Part shown: positions 20,001-27,574 of the stretch, one piece after another | Layout: every line of letters begins with the position of its first letter | How positions within the stretch are numbered: position 1 is the stretch's first letter | Assembly: GCA_017609225.1 (NCBI GenBank) | Contig: JAFCEK010000001.1 | Coordinates: 1-49,982, forward strand | Origin: Candidatus Aenigmatarchaeota archaeon | Lineage (GTDB): Archaea; Aenigmatarchaeota; Aenigmatarchaeia; QMZP01 | DNA length: 49,982 nucleotides | Direction of reading: 5' to 3' | Translations under genes and position numbers: made by a program | The notes under the pieces: generated by a model | What the model was told of the DNA's origin: nothing | The model's input: only the letters and a program-made list of their open reading frames with translations | The model's database searches: none

Positions 20001-21426
20001 ATTCTCTGAAACAGTAAAGGCATCAAGTGCAGCCAGCACTGCAGTCATAACAACACTCATGGGCATATGCGAAATAATGGGTAAGGTAATACAGCTCAGA
20101 ATAAATATGAAGGAAACAGAGATTGACTTTATAAGAATGGAAACATGCATCGAGGTTTACCAGCACCAGATGGACACGGGAATGTGTGACAGGAATGCTG
20201 AGGGCTGCTTTAATGCAATAGCAGGCTGCATAGAGTTCGGGGAAATTAATAGTTTCATAAACAGCGCACAGAGCATAGGCAGGGATATAAACTCCCAGGT
20301 ACAGCGGATTGGAAACGCATGGAGAAATGTGGGAGAAACAGTTGAAGGCCTTTCATTCGGAGCCCAGGGAGAAGGTGCAATAAGCTTCACATGCTCTCCT
20401 GGAGGCAGCTACTGTTGCGGCTATGTACCAAGAACAACAACAGGCGCAGGGCAGAACCAGTACCAGCTTCAGACAGTCAGCCTGACTATGGCCAGTCTGA
20501 AAAACTGTGAGAGGCCAAGCATAAAGATATACTCAAAGAAGGACTGGCTGGCAAGCTCCGATGTATGCAAATCAGCAAGCGGCAGGGCAGATGATGAGGC
20601 AGAAACAGCAGCAAACCAGATATGCATTGAAGCTGGTACAGGGTGCAATGTTGACAGGAAGACCATAAGCAGGCATGACAGGGTTTTTGAATGCAAGTAT
20701 CTGCTAAAGGAAGGCGACAACGGATACGATGAAAATGTAAAGATGCAGTGCGAGGCAAAATCAGCATATGCGAATCAGGCAGGAAAAGAAAAAGCCAATA
20801 AAATATGTGAAAGCGAGGGCGGTTCAGGCTGCAAGGCAAAGGCAACCTTCTGGGGTGAGAATGAATTTAAATGTGTATCCTCAGAAACAGGATTCAAGGA
20901 AATAACATCTTCTTACAGGGGAACCACAAAGGAGCTGTTCGGACCGCAGATGTTTGGCCAGTCAGACCAGGATTCGGGAAATGATGAATATGCCTTTGTT
21001 CTGGCATGTGATGGCGTGGACACAGACACATCCCAAACAGTGAAGTACTGCCTGGGAACACCGCAGGCAGGATGCGGAACAGGCTCTCCATGCGCTGCTG
21101 TCCGCCCGGAATGGGAAGACATGGCTCCAAAATCACCTGCAGGCACAATAACACCAACAGCAACACCTGTTGATACCCCAACAACATTCAGCGTCCAAAC
21201 AGACGCATCAGTTGTTTCTTTTGTATGGCTTATAAACGGCAGAGAATTGCGTAGAGGCAGAACATATGATGATGATAATTATGGCTACAGGGTATTGGAT
21301 ATAACCAGCGATGGAAGATTGATAATTGAATTCACAAAACCAAACAGATACCCGCTTGAATCGCGCATAACAGATGACAGCGGAAACATTGGCTACATAA
21401 CAGAATGGATAGATGTTTCACCCTGA
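17032..21426 (+). CDS. Giant (1464 aa) modular Cys-rich surface protein with an internal hydrophobic segment
   Basis: Sec signal (LLLMLPVTSA). Four tandem modules of roughly 150 aa, three of which start CG-x-x-x-CE...CC-x-DC-x-C while the second starts with the variant CECAGGYYC. TM-like LIALTIVMVIGTIVAGVIGA at 19921-19980. Cys-rich C-terminal region and a PKD-like end. Confidence 0.85.
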   Translation: MDIKHLALEIFAVAVSYLLLMLPVTSATSVNIFFNGIQQDTTDISPGNLVSKEINVYHDADDITWTNIKVLVTLSSASLSHSIKKIYLYKCKTLSPSACIQGTPQVFDSWIDTELSWNDISQSEGVGVYPQTANLMFLVKLEDFNGKASWVGFWDTIRRIDYNIFNHYSYPLNEIEFHAKSLDMIEPIKTYIENYQMIPFNWAEKVVFRMANILYGVGANEQEIEQTPPFFDGAQTSTNQVTSIGKDYYFVLSNITSGITNPVTMRLNPSFTCGNGQCETDLGETTSTCCYDCGCAADFYCDMSDEQNPETGACRSLTEITVDVTSTSMADITDCSQNQQLTITAQINNAPSNLPATLTGYIKLNETQYNVPCQSSIPGIYECTVNLQPEVRCGDGSYVLGPNEINFTIPFNDGPDMITETIGTEFSDITVNYNCECAGGYYCDSGLRMCKPEGQIALVIINVTSYMDNYNPAGDNIGIYATINNPPSDMSITGSSYVLGNITFDGSSSPGSSGSVTCDESNNIYYCSIPLFIQNYDHSRQYIVNGNSLSFTISFSDGGNSITKTLTTGFSDIIVPSYRCGDTTCNAEENSDNCCLDCGCPNPDDYCDRVYGCVNENNITMVIDTITPENLTDCKIPHVLNIKARILNAPSDLVLNYYYYLQNDEIKGWNLLCMESPPGSNMGIFECQLAVPPIDDCSLPYYTLGNNKLRFSVSFPNGLTQVLTKTLEAEFQDINIVPTYHCGDNICEYDLNESGSVCCIDCICGSDPDFGSEYYCDYDPQLNPNGTCLPKNNITLVIDKPMAVVHFTSCEKANTVNIKAHVENQPSGMIVENIFGIFNGETAEYISCTPEMGIITTPNYTGPVEWNSYNCSLIVPAEQQCSQGQTYTYSNNSLSFFISYTNGLGKRETQILTQPYPDVTITQNIRTLYDIMQDAISRMKGKLQETITLMEDLIKMWEDCLDMLIALTIVMVIGTIVAGVIGAKTGGTEGFSETVKASSAASTAVITTLMGICEIMGKVIQLRINMKETEIDFIRMETCIEVYQHQMDTGMCDRNAEGCFNAIAGCIEFGEINSFINSAQSIGRDINSQVQRIGNAWRNVGETVEGLSFGAQGEGAISFTCSPGGSYCCGYVPRTTTGAGQNQYQLQTVSLTMASLKNCERPSIKIYSKKDWLASSDVCKSASGRADDEAETAANQICIEAGTGCNVDRKTISRHDRVFECKYLLKEGDNGYDENVKMQCEAKSAYANQAGKEKANKICESEGGSGCKAKATFWGENEFKCVSSETGFKEITSSYRGTTKELFGPQMFGQSDQDSGNDEYAFVLACDGVDTDTSQTVKYCLGTPQAGCGTGSPCAAVRPEWEDMAPKSPAGTITPTATPVDTPTTFSVQTDASVVSFVWLINGRELRRGRTYDDDNYGYRVLDITSDGRLIIEFTKPNRYPLESRITDDSGNIGYITEWIDVSP

Positions 21427-21455
21427 TTTTTATTTCCTTCTGCCTAATTATTTAT

Positions 21456-23006
21456 ATGAAATTAGCACCTGCACTTTTCCTTGCTTTTGCAATAGTTATG
21501 CTGTTTTCCCCTGTGTCAGCCCTGAGGATTAATGATAATCTTTATTTCACAATAAGCAATGACAGCGTAAAATGTGTTGATATTTTTCTGCCTGATGATG
21601 CAGGGGTTTTTGACCTGGGGCTTTTCGAGTATGTTATAACAAGCACAAGCCCATGGGGCGACCTGACAGAGCAGATAGTGAGAACAGATGAGAACAATAC
21701 AGTACTGATACCAATATGCTTTTTTGGCTCAGAATGGCCAGAGTGCCAGTGCTCAAACCATACAATCACCATATCAGTGCCTTCGCTTGGGATAAGCAAA
21801 ACCTTCAGAGGCGGGGTTTGCGTATCCAGCATAGAGGATGTTGATATTGTGGATGATGCCGGGGGGCAGACACCGGACCAGGTTCTTAACACCAACATGG
21901 ACATGTTCAGTATAGGATTTCAGATGCCAGTTCAGCATGCAGCTCCGGGGGAAACCGTTACATACAGGCTGTTTGCCGAGTCGCAGGCGGATATAGTGCT
22001 TGACATAATATTTGAAAATTCAGAATTATCAGTAATACCTGCCCAGGCGCAGGCAGAGCTGGACAGCTCAAACCCCTTTGAACTCTTTGACTTTAATGTT
22101 ACAGCCCCAAGCCAGGCAGGAAGCTATACGTTTACAATAACTGCTGCAGCCAGGGACTGCACAGGAAATTTCTGCACAAAAAAAGCCAGAGGAACGCTTA
22201 ATGTTGGAGGCACACCCTCCGCAGGATTTTCTGTAAATCTGTTCCCAAAAAACCTTAATGTCAGGGAGCTTACATCTGTTAGATATGAATTTTCAATCCA
22301 GAACTTTGGTGAACCGGAAAACTTTACCATAACAGGAAACATACCACAGAATCTTGCCACAGATTTCCGGGAAACAACCCTGTTTGTAGGGTCCAAAAAA
22401 ATAAAAAGCATAAAATTTTCTGTTACGCCTGCTGCATCCTCAAGCCTTTATGAGATAACAATATCCGCCACTGGCTCCGGAAACAACACAAAGCATGCCA
22501 CTGCATACCTTTCCACAAATGAAATGCTGACAGACCCGCAGAGGTATGCAAACAGCATAACAGGAAGCACAGACAACAGAAGCATTATAAACAATGTGAA
22601 CAACGCAATGAACAGCTGGCAGAATTCATACAGCTCAAACACATATGGAGCGGATACAGGGCAGTACAGCAGCCTGCAGGAAACCCTTGGCATTGCACAA
22701 TCCTCACTTAAGTCATCCCAGGAGCAGCCAGCGGGAATATGCACCCCAGGCAAAAAGCAGTGTTATGGTATGCTCCTTCAGGAATGCAGGCAGGACGGCT
22801 CAGGCTGGGAAACCCTTGAAACATGCGATTATGGATGCGATAATACACTGCATGCATGCATACAGGACAGTGGAGGGCAGCCATCTGCAGGTTTTGACTA
22901 CATATGGATTATTGTTATAGCTGTCATTGCTGCAGCAGCCATTGGCTTTATTTTTTACAGAAAAAAATCAGGCGGCCTGGAGGCCGAGCTTGAACAGGAG
23001 TTTTGA
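21456..23006 (+). CDS. Surface protein (about 516 aa) with Sec signal, C-terminal Cys module, TM anchor and acidic tail
   Basis: MKLAPALFLAFAIVMLFSPVSA. The C-terminal CTPGKKQCYGMLLQECRQDGSGWETLETCDYGC module is shared with the 2150-aa protein. TM YIWIIVIAVIAAAAIGFIF. The ATG at 21456 avoids overlap with the upstream stop at 21426. Confidence 0.8.
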   Translation: MKLAPALFLAFAIVMLFSPVSALRINDNLYFTISNDSVKCVDIFLPDDAGVFDLGLFEYVITSTSPWGDLTEQIVRTDENNTVLIPICFFGSEWPECQCSNHTITISVPSLGISKTFRGGVCVSSIEDVDIVDDAGGQTPDQVLNTNMDMFSIGFQMPVQHAAPGETVTYRLFAESQADIVLDIIFENSELSVIPAQAQAELDSSNPFELFDFNVTAPSQAGSYTFTITAAARDCTGNFCTKKARGTLNVGGTPSAGFSVNLFPKNLNVRELTSVRYEFSIQNFGEPENFTITGNIPQNLATDFRETTLFVGSKKIKSIKFSVTPAASSSLYEITISATGSGNNTKHATAYLSTNEMLTDPQRYANSITGSTDNRSIINNVNNAMNSWQNSYSSNTYGADTGQYSSLQETLGIAQSSLKSSQEQPAGICTPGKKQCYGMLLQECRQDGSGWETLETCDYGCDNTLHACIQDSGGQPSAGFDYIWIIVIAVIAAAAIGFIFYRKKSGGLEAELEQEF

Positions 23007-23019
23007 GTCTTAATTTTAT

Positions 23020-23130
23020 GCTGAACCAGAAAACCATTGTTTTCAAACAGCGGATGTATGGTTCTGGTTCAACAGCTGTTGCCTCGCCAAGAAAACCGCC
23101 GACTTTAGTCAGCGGATATACGGAGGCAAC
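23020..23130 (+). repeat. MITE-like two-hairpin repeat, copy 2 (intergenic, between convergent genes)
   Basis: Same ~110-bp sequence as the other three copies. Flanked by TTTAT and ATTAT. Confidence 0.85.
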
Positions 23131-23146
23131 ATTATATTAGTCTGAC

Positions 23147-24922
23147 TCAGAATTCTTCTTCGCTTCCAGCATCATCCTCAAACTCTTCTTCCCCGGCAGA
23201 TTCCTTTCCACTGCCAAGACCATGTTTTTTGAGAAATTTGAATGCTACAAAAACAACCACCAGCACCACAACAACTATTATAACAAGAGTGAAATCAAAA
23301 CCCCCGCCTGCACTAACAGGCTGCACTGCAGCCCCAAGAGCAATAACATTCTGAAGAAGACTGAATTTTGCGCTGGCAGAGTCATAGTATTCTTTTGCCC
23401 GGGTATAATCACTGTCTTTATATGAATCTGCAGAGCTTATATCGCTGTCTATGTCATCCAATATATAATAAAACAGGTTTTCCTGATCCAAACTAAGATT
23501 CATTCTGAAGCTGGAAAATTCCTGCTGCAGTGAATCTACATCGCCTGAAATATCCTGGAAAAATTCAGCGCTTACAACTATATTTGCTGTTCCAGCACCT
23601 GTATCTATCTCAATTGTGCCGCTGTATCTTCCGGGGCTGGGAGTTGAAAGCGAAACATTCACTATTCCTGAGCTGCCTGGTGCTATGGAATTTGGCAAAA
23701 CCACAGAAGCTATTGAGCCTATTGTTCCAGTGGCTGAATAACTAATGTTATCCATTGTGCTGTTTCCAAGGTTTGAGAGCGTGAATGTTCTGTAAATTGT
23801 TTCTCCAACTGTGCTGGTTTCAATCCATGTTGAAGGTGAAATGCTCAGGTCACCAGACACGCAGGCAGGGCAGTCCCCACCAGCGCTCCCATCACACTCA
23901 TTCATAACGCTTATGGTTATGTTTACAGGTATCCTGCCTATCACAGTTCCGTTTGAAACAATATCTGCCTGGGTTCCTATCTCCATGCTGTTTTGTATGT
24001 TGTTCAGGTTTACAGTAAAGTAAATAGTCCCTTTTCCTTCTATTGTGCTGTTGCCCAGGGTTATGCTGAGATATGGTGAAAGCGCAGATATTATGCTGGT
24101 TGACAGGTCTGCTATGCTCTCATTGCCAAGATTTCTTATCCTGAATCCTCCCTGCGAAAAGCTCTGTCCTTTTGTAACCATAACATCCAGGGAAACAGCA
24201 TCTATCTCCAGGTCAGCAGGCACATATGCCCCACCGGTTTCTTCACCTTTAATTACAAATCTTACCAGGTCACCGCCAAAGCTTGTTCCTCCGCTGTTTT
24301 GAGCGGCGAATGCCATGTAGTACTCGCCGGGCCCCAGGCTTATATTGCCTATGTAACCTCTTATGGGAGTATAATAAACCAGGCTGCCTGACTTTTCAGG
24401 CAGAAGGTCTATGCTGCTGTTGTATGTTTTGTAGCTTACACCTGTAACCCCTGTATCAGACCATACTGTTATATCAACCATGCCATTATTATTTGTTGTT
24501 ATGTTTATGGTAAGCTCTATATCACCTGCATTTACAGTGTCCTGAAATCCGCTTTCCTGACCATAGGCATCGCTAATGTTTACAGAGAATGTATAAGGTA
24601 TAAATGTTTCAGAGCCCTGATATTTTGATGCATAGAAGGGCGTGGGACCGCATGTGCTCTTTTCATCTGTATTTGAAAAATAGCAAACCCACCTGTTTCC
24701 GGACCTTGGAAACGAGCCAAAACCATCTGCTATGCCAAAAACCTGCCATCTTACCCTTATGGACTTGGAATATTCCCCCGGATCTGCTACTGCAATAAAG
24801 CTTGCGTTTGCGGAGAATTTTTCAGGGATAAATGTTACTATGGGGTCGGGAAGCGCCTGCACATTAACCAAAACCAGTGCAAAAACCAGAAACCCGGCTG
24901 CCAGCCCCGCACATATTTTCAT
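23147..24922 (-). CDS. Surface protein (591 aa) with Sec signal, beta-rich repeats, C-terminal TM and acidic tail
   Basis: MKICAGLAAGFLVFALVLVNVQA. C-terminal FDFTLVIIVVVVLVVVFVAFKF followed by KKHG...EEEFEDDAGSEEEF. Confidence 0.8.
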   Translation of the reverse strand: MKICAGLAAGFLVFALVLVNVQALPDPIVTFIPEKFSANASFIAVADPGEYSKSIRVRWQVFGIADGFGSFPRSGNRWVCYFSNTDEKSTCGPTPFYASKYQGSETFIPYTFSVNISDAYGQESGFQDTVNAGDIELTINITTNNNGMVDITVWSDTGVTGVSYKTYNSSIDLLPEKSGSLVYYTPIRGYIGNISLGPGEYYMAFAAQNSGGTSFGGDLVRFVIKGEETGGAYVPADLEIDAVSLDVMVTKGQSFSQGGFRIRNLGNESIADLSTSIISALSPYLSITLGNSTIEGKGTIYFTVNLNNIQNSMEIGTQADIVSNGTVIGRIPVNITISVMNECDGSAGGDCPACVSGDLSISPSTWIETSTVGETIYRTFTLSNLGNSTMDNISYSATGTIGSIASVVLPNSIAPGSSGIVNVSLSTPSPGRYSGTIEIDTGAGTANIVVSAEFFQDISGDVDSLQQEFSSFRMNLSLDQENLFYYILDDIDSDISSADSYKDSDYTRAKEYYDSASAKFSLLQNVIALGAAVQPVSAGGGFDFTLVIIVVVVLVVVFVAFKFLKKHGLGSGKESAGEEEFEDDAGSEEEF

Positions 24923-24989
24923 ATATAATTATTATATTCCCGCTCTATATAAATCCTTCCAGTGAATATTTATTGTGTTAGGTGCTGAT

Positions 24990-25667
24990 ATGAAGGCACA
25001 AAAAATCCTTCCCGCAGGAAAGCCTGTTATATTTGTGGACAACAGGGAGCTTAACTCAAATGTAGCAAGGCATATAAAAAAATACAACGCGCTTGTCAGG
25101 GAGGAACAGCTCGAAGTCGCTGACTATATATGCTCAAAAAGAGTAGCCTGCGAGAGAAAAACAGTTGAGGATTTCATCCAGTCCATCACGAACCAGAGGA
25201 TTTTTGAGCAGCTGAAAAACCTTTCAGAATCATATGATAATCCTGTGCTTATCATTGAGGGAAACCCTGAGCTGCTTTTTTTGGAAAGAAGCATGCATCC
25301 CAACACCATCAGGGGAGCCCTGGCAAGCATAGCAGTTGACTACAAAATCCCGATTATATGGACAAACAACCCGGAAGAAACAGCAGCGCAGATATACTGG
25401 CTTGCATACAGGGAGCAGGTAAAAGAGCAAACCCCGGTTCAAATACGCTCTTCAAAGATACCCAAAACCCTGGCAGAGCAGCAGGAATTTCTTGTTGCTG
25501 GGCTGCCAGGCATAAATTCTACAAGAGCAAAAAAACTCCTGAAACATTTCAAAACACCCGAGAGAATATTCACAGCATCTGAAGAGGCGCTGAAAAGGAT
25601 TGAAGGCTTTGGAGAAAAAACAGCAAAAAGAATAAAGCATGTTCTGGGCAGCAGCTATAATAAGTAA
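24990..25667 (+). CDS. xpf: XPF/Hef-type ERCC4 nuclease with a C-terminal (HhH)2, stand-alone
   Basis: ERCC4 motifs VDNRE and ADY...ERK. C-terminal LPGINSTRAKKLL...IEGFGEKTAKRI helix-hairpin-helix pair. Confidence 0.85.
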   Translation: MKAQKILPAGKPVIFVDNRELNSNVARHIKKYNALVREEQLEVADYICSKRVACERKTVEDFIQSITNQRIFEQLKNLSESYDNPVLIIEGNPELLFLERSMHPNTIRGALASIAVDYKIPIIWTNNPEETAAQIYWLAYREQVKEQTPVQIRSSKIPKTLAEQQEFLVAGLPGINSTRAKKLLKHFKTPERIFTASEEALKRIEGFGEKTAKRIKHVLGSSYNK

Positions 25668-27365
25668 TTATTTCAGGCATGCCTCAAGAAATCCCCTGAA
25701 AACAGGACTTGGATTCAGCGGCTTTGATGTGAATTCAGGATGGAACTGTGTTGCCAGAAAGAATTTATGCCCCGGAATTTCAAGAATCTGCATTATTCTT
25801 TTCTCTGGTGCATAGCCTGAAAAAACCAGACCATTCTTCTCAAGCAAATCTATATATTTTGTGTTAACATTCCATCTGTGCCTGAACCTTTCCCTGATTT
25901 TTGTTTTTCCGTAAAGCCTGTGCGCAAGCGTGTTTTCCCTGACAACAAGGTCAAGACCACCCAGCCTCATGGTTCCTCCAAGGCCCTCAATCTCCTCCTG
26001 TTCGGGAAGTATGCATATCACAGGCTCCTTTGTTTTCGGCTCAATCTCTGTTGAGTTTGCATCTTTCAGGCCGCATACATTTCTTGCAAACTCTAAAACA
26101 GCCATCTGGAAGCCAAAGCAAAGCCCGAGAAACGGCATATTGTTTTCCCTTGCATATTTTATGCAGAGTATTTTTCCCTCGGAGCCCCTGGAGCCAAAGC
26201 CTCCGGGAACTATTATGCCGTCAAGGCCATGAAGCGATTTTTCCGCATCCTCCGGGCTTTTTATATCAGGGGTTTCTATCCAGCTTATTTTTGCCTTTGC
26301 GAGCAGATAAGGAGCGGTGTGTTCCAGCGCCTTGAGAATGGAGATATATGAATCATGAACTGTTGTGTACTTGCCTGTTATCCCGATTGCTATTTCTTTT
26401 CTGCTTTTCCTTATCCTTTCTACGAGCCTTTCCCATTTCCTGAACTCTGTATTTTCCCTTCTTGCCTTCAGATCAAGAACATCCAGCACTATCCTGTCCA
26501 CGCCTATGTCTTTCAGTATAACAGGAATCTCATGTATGTTATCAGCATTCCTTGCATCTATAACCCTTGAAACAGGTATGTTGGAATGTATGCTTATCTT
26601 CTCCTTTATATTCTCATTTATAGGGTTCTCGCTTCTGCACACAACTATATCAGGCTGTATCCCAAGACCCATAAGCGTTCTGAGGCCAAGCTGGGCAGCC
26701 TTGCTTTTCTGCTCCCCAAGGCTTTCAGGCTCCAGGATGTATACAACATTTATGAAGCATACATTTTTCTTTCCCTCCTCGTATGCAAGCTCTCTCATTG
26801 CCTCCAGAAAATATGAATTTTCAATATCGCCAACCGTTCCCCCAACCTCAACCAGAACTATGTCAGCCCTGCTTTTCAGTGCAAGATTCCTGAGGAACCC
26901 CTTTATCTCCCCTGTTACATGGGGAATGAACTGCACATCCCTTCCGAGATATTTTCCCTTTCTCTCCTTGTCTATTATGTTTTTAAAAATCTTTCCTGCT
27001 GTCAGATAGTTGTCTTTTGACAGGTTTTTTTTTTTTTTTTTCTCATATGTTCCCAGGTCAAGGTCGCACTCTGTCCCATCATCCAGAACAAACACCTCAC
27101 CATGCCTGTACGGATTCAGCGTTCCCGCATCATAGTTCAGGTAGCCGTCAAACTTTACAGGCGAAACCCTGAAGCCATGCCGCAGGGCAAGCAGTGCCCC
27201 AAGGCAGGAAGTGAATGTTCCCTTTCCAACACCAGAAATAACAGAGCCTGTTACAACAATAAATTTTGTTTTTCCTGGTTTGTAGCCTTTTGGTATATTG
27301 ATATAGAATTCAGTTTCATTTGTTTTCCTTGCAAGTTTTTCAAGCTCATTCTGCATTATACACAA
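25668..27365 (-). CDS. pyrG: CTP synthase
   Basis: Synthetase domain (VVTGSVISGVGKG) and glutamine amidotransferase domain (GLCFGFQMAV, ATQFHPEF). It contains an in-frame A17 run (KKKKK) and an N-terminal extension of about 30 aa. Confidence 0.92.
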   Translation of the reverse strand: MCIMQNELEKLARKTNETEFYINIPKGYKPGKTKFIVVTGSVISGVGKGTFTSCLGALLALRHGFRVSPVKFDGYLNYDAGTLNPYRHGEVFVLDDGTECDLDLGTYEKKKKKNLSKDNYLTAGKIFKNIIDKERKGKYLGRDVQFIPHVTGEIKGFLRNLALKSRADIVLVEVGGTVGDIENSYFLEAMRELAYEEGKKNVCFINVVYILEPESLGEQKSKAAQLGLRTLMGLGIQPDIVVCRSENPINENIKEKISIHSNIPVSRVIDARNADNIHEIPVILKDIGVDRIVLDVLDLKARRENTEFRKWERLVERIRKSRKEIAIGITGKYTTVHDSYISILKALEHTAPYLLAKAKISWIETPDIKSPEDAEKSLHGLDGIIVPGGFGSRGSEGKILCIKYARENNMPFLGLCFGFQMAVLEFARNVCGLKDANSTEIEPKTKEPVICILPEQEEIEGLGGTMRLGGLDLVVRENTLAHRLYGKTKIRERFRHRWNVNTKYIDLLEKNGLVFSGYAPEKRIMQILEIPGHKFFLATQFHPEFTSKPLNPSPVFRGFLEACLK

Positions 27366-27380
27366 CCCCTGTTAAATTAT

Positions 27381-27490
27381 GTTGAACCAGAAAACCATTG
27401 TTTTCAAACAGTGGATGTATGGCTTTGGTTCAACAGCTGTTGCCTCGCCAAGAAAACCGCCGACTTTAGTCGCGGATATACGGAGGCAAC
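27381..27490 (+). repeat. MITE-like two-hairpin repeat, copy 3 (just upstream of the pyrG start, antisense to it)
   Basis: Flanked on both sides by ATTAT (27376-27380 and 27491-27495). Confidence 0.85.
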
Positions 27491-27574
27491 ATTATGAACT
27501 ATGATATATTGTATGAAAGAAGAATAAAAACCTTTGGTAACATCAGTTTTTATTCTAATTCTGTAAATTAGAGG

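Noticed and set aside
23020-23130. The two-hairpin repeat as a double-hairpin H/ACA guide RNA, since each hairpin is followed by ACA (CAACAGC, CAACATT) and hairpin 2 has an internal loop
   Set aside because: There are four near-identical copies, two of them damaging genes, and hairpin 1 has no pseudouridylation pocket. There is no convincing K-turn or K-loop. The ACA arises trivially from the GTTG/CAAC stem ends. A mobile element fits better, although expression as RNA is not excluded.
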